A model generated the notes under the pieces. That model saw only the letters and a list, made by a program, of their open reading frames with translations, had not been told where the DNA came from and ran no database searches. From IMG/VR virus record IMGVR_UViG_3300021495_000067: DNA of 64,000 nucleotides. One strand, 5' to 3'. Numbering within the stretch: the stretch's first letter is position 1; the number at the start of each line of letters is the position of its first letter. Below are positions 10,680 to 21,609 of this stretch, in pieces. Made by a program: the position numbers and the translations under genes. Source of the DNA: an uncultured virus (IMG/VR IMGVR_UViG_3300021495_000067). Lineage: Duplodnaviria > Heunggongvirae > Uroviricota > Caudoviricetes.

Positions 10680-11110
10680 CCCCTCTATTAACTATTTAAT
10701 TTTTAACTATTTAATTTAGAAGTATATAAATATTTTTATTTAATATATTAAATTTTTAATATTGCGCGACAATTGAATTCCAAGGTTCTAATTCTATCAC
10801 ATTATTAAATATTTAATAATGCGATATAAAGAGTTTGTTAGACTAATAATCTCTAACATTATTAATCTCAGTAATTTTGAATATTTTAACTTTTTAAAAA
10901 GTTAAAATATTTTATTTTTTATCTCAGTTAAAATATATAATTCTTTGTTAAACAGAGAGAATATCTTTTTAACAGAGAGAATCTTTGTTAAGGTCTTTGT
11001 TAAGGAAAAGTTTTTGTTAAGGAAAAGAAAAACTTTTCCTTACCTACCAAAAAAGATTGGTATTAGGAAGATTGGCTATCAATCTTCCTAATAATCAAAT
11101 ATGGTTTCAT
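10680..11110. repeat. AT-rich non-coding region with direct and inverted repeats (candidate origin or control region 1)
   Basis: TTAACTATTTAATTT x2 (10688-10717); AACAGAGAGAAT x2 (10951, 10971); TTTGTTAAGG x3 (10984, 10996, 11013); 14-bp IR 11061-11074/11080-11093. Confidence 0.7.
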
Positions 11111-11331
11111 ACCCCAATTTTCAGAGTTACAGTTATTCTACTTCTCCAACCTTTTTCATAATTATCCATTTACGCCCTTGCTTGTTACTCAAATAGCAAG
11201 CAATTTTTTTGGCTTTTTCTAAGCTCGTATAGGAAGAGAAGTATTCCTATATAAATATTTATTAATCCTACCTCACTCACAACCTGAAGATAAAAGTAAG
11301 GATTAAAGAGATAGGTTATCTCCTTAACCCC

Positions 11332-11796
11332 TTAATAACCTTCCACTGCTACTTTTTCTTCCTCTTCAATAGACTTGACAATCTCGACCATTTCTGGTTT
11401 TAATAGTTCAATAACATCTAATGCTTCATCCTTTGTTAATGAGTATTCAGCCAGTAGGAACATTTCTCGTTGTCTCTGGTTCTTAAGGGTATAGTATCGT
11501 TCATCCATGCTCACTTCCTCTGCTATCATCCTCTTACGATAGAAGTCATCCAATTGTCGTTTCAGTTCATCTTTCCTATCTTGGTAGAAGACATAGAAGA
11601 TGGTTTTTCCATAAACACCTCCTTTATCCTTCTTAATCAGTAGAGTTTCAGCATGTTTCCATAGTATTTTCACAGTAGGGTTTGTAAGTAGTCTTGATAA
11701 CTCCTCCAGACTCTCGTATTCACTACCTCCTTCAAAAAACTTTCGGAATGGCATTTTTATCTTATCCTCATTAACATATCTCTTATCAGTTCGCAT
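11332..11796 (-). CDS. Hypothetical protein
   Basis: 154-aa ORF. Confidence 0.6.
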   Translation of the reverse strand: MRTDKRYVNEDKIKMPFRKFFEGGSEYESLEELSRLLTNPTVKILWKHAETLLIKKDKGGVYGKTIFYVFYQDRKDELKRQLDDFYRKRMIAEEVSMDERYYTLKNQRQREMFLLAEYSLTKDEALDVIELLKPEMVEIVKSIEEEEKVAVEGY

Positions 11797-12114
11797 GCCA
11801 TTATAAACCCCTTACTGTAATACAGGTCTCGCTCGCTGATAGGATTCGGGTCTATAAAGTCCTTTTTCTCCTTTATCATTTCATCTATTTCTTGTAATAT
11901 ATCATCAAGTCCTTTATTCTCGCTCATACTCTCTTTTCACCTCCTTCTCTTACCAATAGTTTCTGTTTCTTTCCCAATCTGCTTCTCTCAATTCCTCAAT
12001 AATAGTCCGAGTAAGTCGAACAATGGCTTCCTTTAACTCATCAATATCCCCTGCAAGTTCTATCTCTGTTATCTTCTTCTCTATCTCCTCTTTGTTTATT
12101 GTTATCATTTTTCC

Positions 12115-12873
12115 CTAATCCTCAATACGAGGCGCTAAGAGCACTGCATAGACATAGCTATCATCTCTATCCATGAAACCAAGTGGATAATCCTTCGTTA
12201 GGCGTATCTCTATCATATCATTGGTTATCATAGAACTGAAAATCGCACTTAGATAATCACTGGCTGCTAACACGCTAAAATCCTCTACATCAAGCCCTTT
12301 CTTGAGTTTCTGCGCAAAGCTATAACCATCTACGCTCTCTTGCTGGACCGATAATTCACACCCCTTAACGATAAACCTCGTTTCGCTCTCACCTAAGCTC
12401 TCTATCTCTTTTTTCAGTACTGGTATCTGCTCTATTAACATAGGCGAATCAGTAAACTCTATCGTGTCTTCTTTTATTTCCATACTCGGCACAGATTTCA
12501 TTTCACCTACAATACTCTCTACTATTGGCGCACTCACTTCCTGGCTATCAGTCTTTATTTCAATCTTATGGGTTTCTGGTTCAATATGCACCTCTGTTGT
12601 CTCATCTGATAGCTGTTTACATATCTTTAATAATTTCTCTGCATTGAACCCTACTTTTAGCTCTTCTTCGTTGCCTATATCTGCACTGTAATTAATGAAA
12701 TACCTATCTCTGAAAATTGCGCAAGCCAAGACAACATTTGCTATATCCTTGTTTATTGCTTTTACTTTGTTAGTCTGGAATCTCAGCATAGGCGTCTCTA
12801 TCGTTCCATTTATGCTCACTGCTCGCACTAAATTTTGAAACCTTGTGGTTTCAAGTTCCAAATCTATTTTCAT
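12115..12873 (-). CDS. pcn: DNA sliding clamp (PCNA)
   Basis: About 250 aa, acidic, with C-terminal LLAPRIED; directly follows PolB. Start set at MKIDLE behind a G-rich RBS. Confidence 0.85.
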   Translation of the reverse strand: MKIDLELETTRFQNLVRAVSINGTIETPMLRFQTNKVKAINKDIANVVLACAIFRDRYFINYSADIGNEEELKVGFNAEKLLKICKQLSDETTEVHIEPETHKIEIKTDSQEVSAPIVESIVGEMKSVPSMEIKEDTIEFTDSPMLIEQIPVLKKEIESLGESETRFIVKGCELSVQQESVDGYSFAQKLKKGLDVEDFSVLAASDYLSAIFSSMITNDMIEIRLTKDYPLGFMDRDDSYVYAVLLAPRIED

Positions 12874-12899
12874 TTCTCTATCCCCCCATCTTTGGAGCA

Positions 12900-15134
12900 T
12901 TATAACAATTTTGCTTGCTTAGAATTGGTATTTAAACCAATATCTATATTTAGAGCATTTAAAATCGGCTCTACCTTACCAATTACGGTAGTTTGTTTCA
13001 TTTTCTCGTAATCCACAATTATGTTATACTTGCTTAAATCTGTATTTTCATCAAAACAGATAACATTAGTAGGTGGCAGTCCTTCAATCCCTTTTACCCA
13101 GAGAAATTGAACTTTATCGCCATACTGAAAGTTTGTTCCTAAATAGGTATTGCTATAAATTGCACCTCTGATATGCGGTGTATTAGCTTTATACTTATCA
13201 AATGGTTTCGAGATGCCTTTACTAATCCCTATCTCAGCTAAAGGTGCTTTTGTAAAATCTCTGAGTTTATTGCTGATAAACTCTCGGATTTCTTCTTTAG
13301 TAGCGCCATGAAAAATCATCTCAAAGAGTTCATTGAGCAGTTCTCTTGTGAAGATTGACTGGTCTGTGCGGATATTTTCAAATCCTTTTGCATCAATGTA
13401 ATCGCATCCACTTCCATTATAGATGATTCTCATAGCGTATCTCTTCTTGACGCCTGTTAATAATAAATATTTCAGATATTTCTCGAACTCAAGTTTGAAA
13501 TTTGTTTGGATACCATACTGGTTTTTAAAGTAAGCATTGATGCTCTCATTCAATTTCTCACAGAATTTTTCCGCTTTTTCAAGTGGTATCTGAACGAATA
13601 TTGAATCGGTATCAGCTAAAAGAACCTTGTAACCCTTCTCTTTAACAAAGCCAATAAGGTATTTTATCCCATTTCTGGCGATTTCTGTTACCTTCGCTGC
13701 CAGTTCTGGTTTGTAAAGCCGAAATTTATTGAATGCTAAAACGCCATAGGTAGCGTTAACAACACCTTTTACTGCCTGACGCTTGAGGTATAAGGATTTA
13801 TGTTCTTGTGAGCCAGCCTGTGCATTTCTCATCTGCTCAGTTATTCGGTTCTTTTCGGCTATCAATCTCTTAATCAATTCAGGAACTATTCCATTCTTAT
13901 TTGGATTTGTTTTTACATTATCAATATTCTCAGGCGATAATCCAAAATTCAAAATTACTGAAGGATAATAGCTCGAAAAATCAAAAACTGCTACCTTTTC
14001 ATATAGTCCCGCCTTCTCTGCCATTACATAAGCACCTTCATATTCCTTTTTCTCTGTTGTTTCAGCTTTTGTTGGTAGTGCAATCCCCCGCTCCTTTGCT
14101 ATCCTGAGTAGCATAGTATCTATCAGAACAGAGCTTATTAAGGTGTTCTCAATGCTCTCCAACCCTACAAGGTATTTCAATTCCAAAAAATATTTGATTA
14201 ACGAATGCTTCTCATTAATTTTATAAACATACTCCACATCCTTTCGGTTGTATTCCACAAATTTCTCTATATCGGTTTCATAAAACCCAATTGAATCCTT
14301 AAATGTTCCGATATTCTCATGCTTCTCTATCCCCTCAATTTCAGCTATTCGCTTGAGAGTATAGGAAGGCTGAGAAAAAATCTTTTTGTAGCCCTCAAGC
14401 ATGTCAAATACTTCAAATATCCTTTCATCTATCCACTTGAGATGCAATTTCTTAAATCTGTTTTTAAGGTATGGAAAATCAAAATTAACAATGTTCCAGC
14501 CTGTAACTATATCAGGGTCAATCTTTCCAATTACATTAGAAAAACTGCATAACAAGTCTTCCTCTGTTTTTTGGTATATCACGATATTATCTCCATGCCT
14601 GATGAGTTTCTCAGTGTTATCATTGGAGAGGATATATGTAAAATACTTCCTATTTTTGTTTGTTCTGAATGAAAAGCTTATCACTGGCTGTTCTGCTTTA
14701 TCAGCATCAGGAAAACCTTCCTTCTGGAGCACTTCAATATCTAAGAACAAAACCAGAGGTTCAATATCTATATCTGTACAGGGCTTTATTTCGTCTTTGG
14801 TTACATGTCTCTCTCCCTCTGGAAATTCTATACCTTTGTAAATCTCCTTATCCACCAAGAATCTCCGAGTATAGATTATATCTGCTTCCCATGTCTTTGG
14901 ATATTTTGCTCGTTCTATCCTTACCTGAGAAGGGTCATCAGTAAAAATCTTTTCTAATCGCTCGCCATAAATCCCTCTATATTCCCCATTTTTATTCTCA
15001 ATATAGAAATAAGGCTGAAAGTCAAGGACAGTGATTTGATATTTTTTATTATTTTCTCCTCGTATCCAGAGGTCAACTAAAGAACCTCTACGATGCGTTG
15101 AAACCAATATTCCTTTCATCTCCCACTCCACCAA
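12900..15134 (-). CDS. polB: Family B DNA polymerase with 3'-5' exonuclease
   Basis: Exonuclease motifs DIE, GWNIVNFDFPYL and YNRKD; polymerase motifs DFSSYYPS, KGVVNATYG, DTDS and KKRY; C-terminal PIP-like KQAKLL. Confidence 0.97.
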   Translation of the reverse strand: MVEWEMKGILVSTHRRGSLVDLWIRGENNKKYQITVLDFQPYFYIENKNGEYRGIYGERLEKIFTDDPSQVRIERAKYPKTWEADIIYTRRFLVDKEIYKGIEFPEGERHVTKDEIKPCTDIDIEPLVLFLDIEVLQKEGFPDADKAEQPVISFSFRTNKNRKYFTYILSNDNTEKLIRHGDNIVIYQKTEEDLLCSFSNVIGKIDPDIVTGWNIVNFDFPYLKNRFKKLHLKWIDERIFEVFDMLEGYKKIFSQPSYTLKRIAEIEGIEKHENIGTFKDSIGFYETDIEKFVEYNRKDVEYVYKINEKHSLIKYFLELKYLVGLESIENTLISSVLIDTMLLRIAKERGIALPTKAETTEKKEYEGAYVMAEKAGLYEKVAVFDFSSYYPSVILNFGLSPENIDNVKTNPNKNGIVPELIKRLIAEKNRITEQMRNAQAGSQEHKSLYLKRQAVKGVVNATYGVLAFNKFRLYKPELAAKVTEIARNGIKYLIGFVKEKGYKVLLADTDSIFVQIPLEKAEKFCEKLNESINAYFKNQYGIQTNFKLEFEKYLKYLLLTGVKKRYAMRIIYNGSGCDYIDAKGFENIRTDQSIFTRELLNELFEMIFHGATKEEIREFISNKLRDFTKAPLAEIGISKGISKPFDKYKANTPHIRGAIYSNTYLGTNFQYGDKVQFLWVKGIEGLPPTNVICFDENTDLSKYNIIVDYEKMKQTTVIGKVEPILNALNIDIGLNTNSKQAKLL

Positions 15135-16111
15135 TAATATCCTTTTTCTATATTATTACAGCCTAAAACCTGACAGAGTTTTGAAGCTGAGTATGGCTTC
15201 AATTTCTTTTCAAAAACTTTTCTAATCTGGTATCTTGTTGCCCCTTCATCAAAATCTTCCCAATCCAACCTCTTAATAATTTCAAAAATTTCTTGCTCTG
15301 TAAGCCCTAAAAACATTAGCTCGCTTACAAAATCCAATCTTACTATATGAGGAGGATTGGATTTTTTAACAGCCTCAAGAACATAAGGACGGATAACATC
15401 CTTCAAAATATCCATATCTGGTATTGAACCTATATTATCTTGGAGTATTTTAGCTTCATCGGTTCTATCAGGCTTTTCAGGTGGTCTTATATTACCTACT
15501 AACTCTTGGATTGGTTTTAATTTTCCATAACTGAAAGATAACCTATGAGTATTCTTGCTATAATCCAATATTTCCTCTATACTCATTTTTTGAAAATTCG
15601 TAGGTAGTGGTGAGCAGTAATATCCATTATTCAAAGAATTTGGAACTCGTATCATCCGTCTTATATCGCCTATTAGTTGCCTATCAACACTTTCTATCCC
15701 CTCTGCTAATTCCTCTTGCAAGGATTTAAGATAATAAGCACCAACATCTCGTGTTAGTTTTGCAGGTTTTAACAACCCATAGATATGAAACCCTTTTCTG
15801 CCTGAAAAAGTAACTGCATAAGGAATATTCTTCTCTTGTAGCCTGTTTATGAGGCTAATTGTATCCTCAAGCGCTTTATTTAAGTTTGTTTCATTATCTA
15901 AATCAAAAACCACTTTGTCAAGTGTTATATCAGAGTTATTGTCATAAACAGAGGCATATGTCCCTTTATTACTACCTATCATCAGAGTTAGGTAGCGATA
16001 AAACTCTTTAAAATTGCTAACTTCTCTGCGATAAAAATCTTTTCGTATAGGGTTTGGAATACCTATATCTCTTGGAAAGATATTGAACAGGCTTAAAACT
16101 CTAGAGTCCAT
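15116..16111 (-). CDS. priS: Archaeo-eukaryotic primase, catalytic domain with a helical C-terminal extension (PriX/PriL-CTD-like)
   Basis: VFDLD, FSGRKGFHIY and DIRRMIRVPNSLN motifs. Confidence 0.88.
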   Translation of the reverse strand: MDSRVLSLFNIFPRDIGIPNPIRKDFYRREVSNFKEFYRYLTLMIGSNKGTYASVYDNNSDITLDKVVFDLDNETNLNKALEDTISLINRLQEKNIPYAVTFSGRKGFHIYGLLKPAKLTRDVGAYYLKSLQEELAEGIESVDRQLIGDIRRMIRVPNSLNNGYYCSPLPTNFQKMSIEEILDYSKNTHRLSFSYGKLKPIQELVGNIRPPEKPDRTDEAKILQDNIGSIPDMDILKDVIRPYVLEAVKKSNPPHIVRLDFVSELMFLGLTEQEIFEIIKRLDWEDFDEGATRYQIRKVFEKKLKPYSASKLCQVLGCNNIEKGYYWWSGR

Positions 16112-16444
16112 AGACCATACCTCCTAATATAGCTGGCTTTTTATGGCTCATCCTTGTTATTTATAAAACCTTTCCCACCACATGCAGGGCATATCTCTCG
16201 CTTTTTGTTATGTATTTTCATCTTTCAAACCGCTTTATCAATCTCAATCCATTTTCAAGTTCTTTCTTTCTCTTGATTAATTCCTCTCGCTCTTTCAATA
16301 TTTTGCGATATTTGTAGCTCCCTATCTCGCATTCATATTTCAGTTTATTATCATACAGTATTATTTTCAGGTTGGCACTCTCAAGCTCTTGCTTCATTTC
16401 ATGCACTGTTTTGTAAGCCATGACTTTAATAAAAAGAAAAAGAA

Positions 16445-16717
16445 TTATTGACTGTTTTGTTTATTAGTGGAGATAATTCGATTTTTGATGCTATCACAGA
16501 TTTCTCTAAATGCGCACTCTTCACACTGGCAAGGTAGTTTGCATTTCCGAATTACAGATATAATCTCACCATCATCAGGATGGAATTTTATGATAAAATC
16601 TACCTCCATACTGAATTTTCTTCGTGATTTTCTTTGTAGTTCAGCGTGCTTAGCTATTCTCTGTGCAAGTTCATGTGCATAGGACTGGACTGTTTTATAT
16701 TCTTCCTTCTCTTTCAT
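16445..16717 (-). CDS. Small Cys-rich protein
   Basis: CKLPCQCEECAFREIC. Confidence 0.55.
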   Translation of the reverse strand: MKEKEEYKTVQSYAHELAQRIAKHAELQRKSRRKFSMEVDFIIKFHPDDGEIISVIRKCKLPCQCEECAFREICDSIKNRIISTNKQNSQ

Positions 16718-16803
16718 TTTTCTTTTAAAATATCGGGAGAGGATTTAAAATAAAAAGAAAATTAAAATAAGGGGTCAACTCATATCACAGTTGAATAATT
16801 CCA

Positions 16804-17550
16804 TTATTCAGTCTCCTCTCCCGAAACCTCTCCACTTCCAAGTATATCCGATATTCCTCTATTTATTGCAACCGTTATCGCCTTCATTAATACATTGCCT
16901 TCATTCGCTTCTCTTCTGCCTCCTTTCGTGAAAAATTTATCTTCACTTGTTGCTACTCCCTCTGCCTCTACTGAAGCACCTGCTGGATGCCATATCTTTA
17001 CTTTCGCTTGATACATATAGCCTCCATTCTCCATTTTTATCTTCTTTACATTCTCTATGTTCCAGCTCAGCCCAAAAAACCTTGCCAGTTTACGCCACCC
17101 ACTTCGCTTAATATATGGTGTTCCCTGTCCTTCAATTGTAGGTGCACCGTCATCACCTATCCACATTATATCATTTTTCGAGAGTATTCGCTTCTTCGCT
17201 TCCTCAAATGCCTTAAAAATCCTGATTGAATCCTCTATTGAACACACTGGCGCCACCAGTCCTCGAATATGGAACTGAGTTTGAGCCAGCTTGATATCAG
17301 GTGCAGTTGCTGGCTGGATTGCCTCAGGTTTAATCTCTTCTCCTATCAATTCTTTTTCTCCTATTTCACCTTTTTCTTCCTCTTCTTGAGTCTCTGGTTC
17401 TAATTCAATCTCTATTTCACCTTCTTCCCCACTTTCGTTTGTTTCCTCTGATTCTTTCTCCTCTGGCTCTCCTTTCACTTCTTCAAGCAAATCCTCTAAC
17501 TCGTCTTCATCTATTACTTCCTCATTCTCTACTTCTTTTTCATCAACCAT
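16804..17550 (-). CDS. Putative single-strand annealing protein (Rad52/Redbeta-like) with acidic N-terminal tail
   Basis: PYIKRSGWRKLA helix, beta-sheet, then MKAITVAINRGI helix, as in SSAP folds; location in the replication module. Confidence 0.5.
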   Translation of the reverse strand: MVDEKEVENEEVIDEDELEDLLEEVKGEPEEKESEETNESGEEGEIEIELEPETQEEEEKGEIGEKELIGEEIKPEAIQPATAPDIKLAQTQFHIRGLVAPVCSIEDSIRIFKAFEEAKKRILSKNDIMWIGDDGAPTIEGQGTPYIKRSGWRKLARFFGLSWNIENVKKIKMENGGYMYQAKVKIWHPAGASVEAEGVATSEDKFFTKGGRREANEGNVLMKAITVAINRGISDILGSGEVSGEETE

Positions 17551-17567
17551 TTTTATCACCTCCTAAT

Positions 17568-18446
17568 TTAAAGTTCAGGAGCAAAGCCCGTTACATATAC
17601 AAGAACAGCGTTCATAAAGGGTCTTCTATCATCTCTGCCAATATCAATTGTCCCCAGAAACGCCAGTTCCGCATCAGTATCCCACCTATAAAATCTTTTT
17701 GGGACCCAGACTGTTAATACCTGTGGCACAACAACTTTTTCATCTCCAACTCGAACAGCTTTCTCTTCAAGAGGTAATGATTCATCTTTGATTCCATACC
17801 CCTTTCCGAATTTTCGTTTGACCATACCCTCAATCAGATACATATCTGTTCTGTCAATGTATCCACCATTATAATCCGACCTGTGGCTCACTGTGTCTAT
17901 CAGCCTCTCCAATTTTGGGAATTTACAGATTCCTGTTAGAATCTGCTCCTCTGTCATCTTGACTTTCTGTGGATTCTCAAACTTTGTGTCTTCACCTGCT
18001 TCAATGAAATAACCTCTGTCATATAATTTTACATTCTTATAAGCCCTTAATAATTTGATTTTCTGAACAACTGGTGCAAGTTTGCCATTAAAAACTATCT
18101 CCTTGACTTCAAATTTCTTATCATTACCATTCCTAACCGCTGCAAATAATGATGCACGCATGTTCTCTACCTTATTCTCTGCTCCTTTTTTCAATCTCGG
18201 CTCAATTATTCCAAATGGAATAACTAATGAATGCACAGATGCTGGTTCTTTTGTCATAAAATTCGTAAAAACTATCCTGCTCGCCCATATCTTTTTACCT
18301 TCTTCATCCCCCTTTTGTTTCTGCACCTTTTTTGAGCCCAATACTCGCTTGTACTCTTCCAGAACCTTATCAAATGGTATTCCTCGCTTCTCACTGACTG
18401 TTTTTAATCGCTCTAATGCCTTACCTGGGATACTATCCTCTTTCAT
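17568..18446 (-). CDS. Putative OB-fold ssDNA-binding protein
   Basis: Helical N-terminus then two beta-rich segments (e.g. LTVWVP...AFLGTI); replication context. Weak call. Confidence 0.35.
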   Translation of the reverse strand: MKEDSIPGKALERLKTVSEKRGIPFDKVLEEYKRVLGSKKVQKQKGDEEGKKIWASRIVFTNFMTKEPASVHSLVIPFGIIEPRLKKGAENKVENMRASLFAAVRNGNDKKFEVKEIVFNGKLAPVVQKIKLLRAYKNVKLYDRGYFIEAGEDTKFENPQKVKMTEEQILTGICKFPKLERLIDTVSHRSDYNGGYIDRTDMYLIEGMVKRKFGKGYGIKDESLPLEEKAVRVGDEKVVVPQVLTVWVPKRFYRWDTDAELAFLGTIDIGRDDRRPFMNAVLVYVTGFAPEL

Positions 18447-18733
18447 TTTTTCACCTCTTTCCTCCATCTTCCATACCTCAACTTATCATTATAATGTTTT
18501 TCCATCCTGTGTGCAAAGCCAGCCAGCCCTCTAAAAATCAGAGCTAATCCCAAAAATGGTGTCATTACTAATTCCAATACCCATCGTTTAGTTAATAATC
18601 CAGTGACATGAAATAGAAACCCTACAAGCAGAAAATAGGTTGTATATCGTTCAAACCTGTGCTCCTGTCTACCCCACCAGAAACCCTTAGCAAATTGACG
18701 CTTTTGTTCTTTCGTTGGTTCTTTTTTCTTCAT
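18443..18733 (-). CDS. Small membrane protein
   Basis: Two hydrophobic segments. Confidence 0.6.
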   Translation of the reverse strand: MKKKEPTKEQKRQFAKGFWWGRQEHRFERYTTYFLLVGFLFHVTGLLTKRWVLELVMTPFLGLALIFRGLAGFAHRMEKHYNDKLRYGRWRKEVKK

Positions 18734-19509
18734 TATTCGCTTTCTATACGTTTCTTCGTAAAGAAGAATTCCTCAACCTCTTCAATGTTAGGCTTTAATC
18801 CTTCCAATACGATAGGCTTCTTAGTTCTATCAAAGCATTCTAATGCTTTTATCCATTCATATAGTTCAAATCCGTATAAATGGATGCTTGAATCGAGCAG
18901 AAAAATTAAATCTATCATATCCAACCTTTCATAGTTACCCGTTCTTATCATCCTTAGAACTTTTTCTTTCCTACTGTCAGGATTGGAAATATACCCTTGT
19001 GAACCTTTTTGTGTAATCGCTACTGCCTGTCTAAAATCGTTTACATTGGTTTCTGATAGCTTGTCAAAATCAAAATCAAGAAGTTTTGCAAAATCTGACA
19101 GGCTGGGCTTTGGAAAATAAATAGTCTTGCATACCTTCGTTATGGTTCGTATTTTCTGATAATAATTTGAAGTTAAGATAATAGGTTTTTTCGTGTTCTC
19201 TATAATACCCTTTAATTCGCTCAGTCTCGCTTCGCTTGTGTCAATCTCCTCTAATAGTAATAATGAGGGTTCAAAAGTCCGCTGTAATGAAAGTCTTTTC
19301 AATCTCGCTAAAAAATTTTTATCCCTTAAATCAGATGCATTGAATTCAATCACACTATATCCGAACTTCTCAGCCAGTTGATAAGCCAGAGTGGTTTTGC
19401 CTGTTCCTGGATAACCCCAAAGGATTAAACCTTTTTTCTGTTGTTGTTTCCAGTTTTTTAGCCATGAGGTAGCCTCTTTAATTTGGTTCTCAATTGAGAT
19501 TAATTTCAT
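18733..19509 (-). CDS. rfcL: Replication factor C large-subunit-like AAA+ ATPase (shortened)
   Basis: GYPGTGKTT, IEFNASDLR, LLLEEID and PIILTSN motifs. Confidence 0.8.
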   Translation of the reverse strand: MKLISIENQIKEATSWLKNWKQQQKKGLILWGYPGTGKTTLAYQLAEKFGYSVIEFNASDLRDKNFLARLKRLSLQRTFEPSLLLLEEIDTSEARLSELKGIIENTKKPIILTSNYYQKIRTITKVCKTIYFPKPSLSDFAKLLDFDFDKLSETNVNDFRQAVAITQKGSQGYISNPDSRKEKVLRMIRTGNYERLDMIDLIFLLDSSIHLYGFELYEWIKALECFDRTKKPIVLEGLKPNIEEVEEFFFTKKRIESE

Positions 19510-19967
19510 TTCTCCTTCTTTAACTTTATTTCATATTCTTTTACCTTACTGATTACATTTCTTGTTATAGCCCTTACCATCTCCATTGTTAAATCGCGCT
19601 CATCTTCAACTTTTCTCATATCTACACCGGCAAGACTGAGAAGTTTGTATTCTGGTGTTGGATTGCCATACATTGTAGCCTTTTTTACCTTAGCTTCTAC
19701 CTCTACCTTTACTGCGAACACTATACCTGTTTCAATTATTTCAACTTCCTCACTCATATCTGCATCCTCCTATATTCTTAATTTAACCATTTAATATCTC
19801 TCTCAGTATCTCCAACTTTGCCTCTATCATGGCTTCTGAGATAATTTCTCCATTAACAAGTGTTACACCAAACCCTTCAATTTTTCTATCTGGGTCTTTC
19901 TTTGCTTCTTCAAGTTTCTCTTCCCAAAATTTTTCTAATAACCTAATTTCACTCTCTTTCATCATTT

Positions 19968-20315
19968 TTATATCACCTCCTTCATTTCTTCAATTGTCCA
20001 GTAATCTGAAGGATAACCCCAACCACGAAGATTTTTTGTTTTTATCTTATATTTTTTACCAATTTTCATATTATAGTATATCTTCCAGTCCTTTGTATGG
20101 TAGACATTGCCATCATCACCAAGAATTAGATACTCTGTTGCTGAAGTAAATCCATGTGGAACAATTTCTGTATTTTTACTAATAACAGTAATGCTTTTTT
20201 CCTCTGTAAGAGCGTTAAAATAATATTCTACAATAGCAAAACTTGAGCAAGTTATTGATATTATGAATAATATGAATACTACTGTTCCAATAGTGTCCCC
20301 AATAGCAGTTCTCAT
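19968..20315 (-). CDS. Membrane-anchored hypothetical protein
   Basis: N-terminal TM helix followed by a beta-rich domain. Confidence 0.55.
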   Translation of the reverse strand: MRTAIGDTIGTVVFILFIISITCSSFAIVEYYFNALTEEKSITVISKNTEIVPHGFTSATEYLILGDDGNVYHTKDWKIYYNMKIGKKYKIKTKNLRGWGYPSDYWTIEEMKEVI

Positions 20316-20524
20316 TCCTCATTTATACCTCCTCTATATCTTCATCTTCCTCTTCACATCCATTCTCTTCTATATCTTCAATTAACACAGGAGTAAGCCA
20401 CAATACTGTCCCATCTGTAAATATTATCTTTGTAGCTTCTGGACTACGAATTACATCTTTCACAGTTTTTCCTATAATTTTTTCTTTTTCTTCTTCTTTC
20501 ATTTCTTCTATCACCTCCTTTAAT

Positions 20525-21235
20525 TTAAATTTGTTCTAAACCAAACCCTAAATCATCCAAACCACAAGCAATTGAATATTCACAATCACAACAAAACCTA
20601 TTTCGTCTTTTTTCGTTTACACCAGCCTTTATCTGCTCAAGGATTTTTATAACCATATTTTTTCCTTTTATCAGTTCTTTCTCTCGTAAAATATGTTCAA
20701 ATCCGTTTAAGGTTTGATAGAACATTATTTTGTCAGCCTTTACCAATTTTTGATAGATATATCCCTGCATTAAGAAATCATCTCGCCACTTGCCTGTCTT
20801 CCAATCTACAATGATTATGTTTCCAGCCTTATCTCTGAAAATAGCATCCAGAATGCCTTTTAATTTGCCATTAACAACCTCTTTTTCCACTTCTAAGATT
20901 TGCCAGCCTCTTTTTATTCTATCAGTTTCAAATTCCTCAAAGTTTCTTAGGTGGTTAGCATAATTTTTTATATCATTTATGCCTAAAACAGGTGATTGCT
21001 CATTGATCACATCCTCAAGCAAGCAATGAATATCACCTGTGCTGATTTCTCGCTCCTTTACCTTTAGATAATAGTTATAGATAATCTTATGTAGATTTTT
21101 CCCAAAAATAGCGTAGATATTCCCCTTTTCTGGTAAAGGCTTAATCTCAGGGTCTTTTTGACACCAGAATTTGAAAGGACACTGAAGAAAAGTTGAGAAG
21201 TTCCAAGGTGAGAGAGGAAAAATATTCATTTTCAT
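20525..21235 (-). CDS. PD-(D/E)XK nuclease, Cas4/AddB-like, with Fe-S cysteines
   Basis: CPFKF, GKNLH, GILDA, IVDWKTG, QGYIY and C-terminal CxxCxxxxxC. Confidence 0.85.
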   Translation of the reverse strand: MKMNIFPLSPWNFSTFLQCPFKFWCQKDPEIKPLPEKGNIYAIFGKNLHKIIYNYYLKVKEREISTGDIHCLLEDVINEQSPVLGINDIKNYANHLRNFEEFETDRIKRGWQILEVEKEVVNGKLKGILDAIFRDKAGNIIIVDWKTGKWRDDFLMQGYIYQKLVKADKIMFYQTLNGFEHILREKELIKGKNMVIKILEQIKAGVNEKRRNRFCCDCEYSIACGLDDLGFGLEQI

Positions 21236-21609
21236 TTTAAAAACTTTCCTGCTATATCAGCCAGCATTGAATCTCTCTTGTTCTTTTCTAACTTCATTAT
21301 TTTCTCATACCTGCTATATGGTATCTCACCAATTCTCTCCTTTTTTGAATGCTGGAGTCCATATTCTATATAGATTATCACCTTATCTTTATATTTCCTG
21401 AAATAGAAAGTAGGCTCAGTCCAATGAAGATGAACTCTATATCCTCCTTTTACAGGTTTTTTAGGCTGTGATTTTGTTTCCTTCTTCTTAACAAGTTCAT
21501 AGAAAATACTCATATCTGTCCCACAAACAGGACAGTATCCGTAAGGTTTGCTATCAGCTATTATGGTATATCCACAACGCTTGCAACGATATTCTTTTAA
21601 TTTTGTCAT
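21232..21609 (-). CDS. Rubredoxin-like Zn-ribbon protein
   Basis: YRCKRCGY...CPVCG. Confidence 0.65.
   Translation of the reverse strand: MTKLKEYRCKRCGYTIIADSKPYGYCPVCGTDMSIFYELVKKKETKSQPKKPVKGGYRVHLHWTEPTFYFRKYKDKVIIYIEYGLQHSKKERIGEIPYSRYEKIMKLEKNKRDSMLADIAGKFLK

Noticed and set aside
20525..21235. Cas4-like gene as evidence of a CRISPR-Cas locus
   Set aside because: It is a solo gene within the replication module, with no cas1, cas2 or array. Solo Cas4-like nucleases are common in archaeal viruses.
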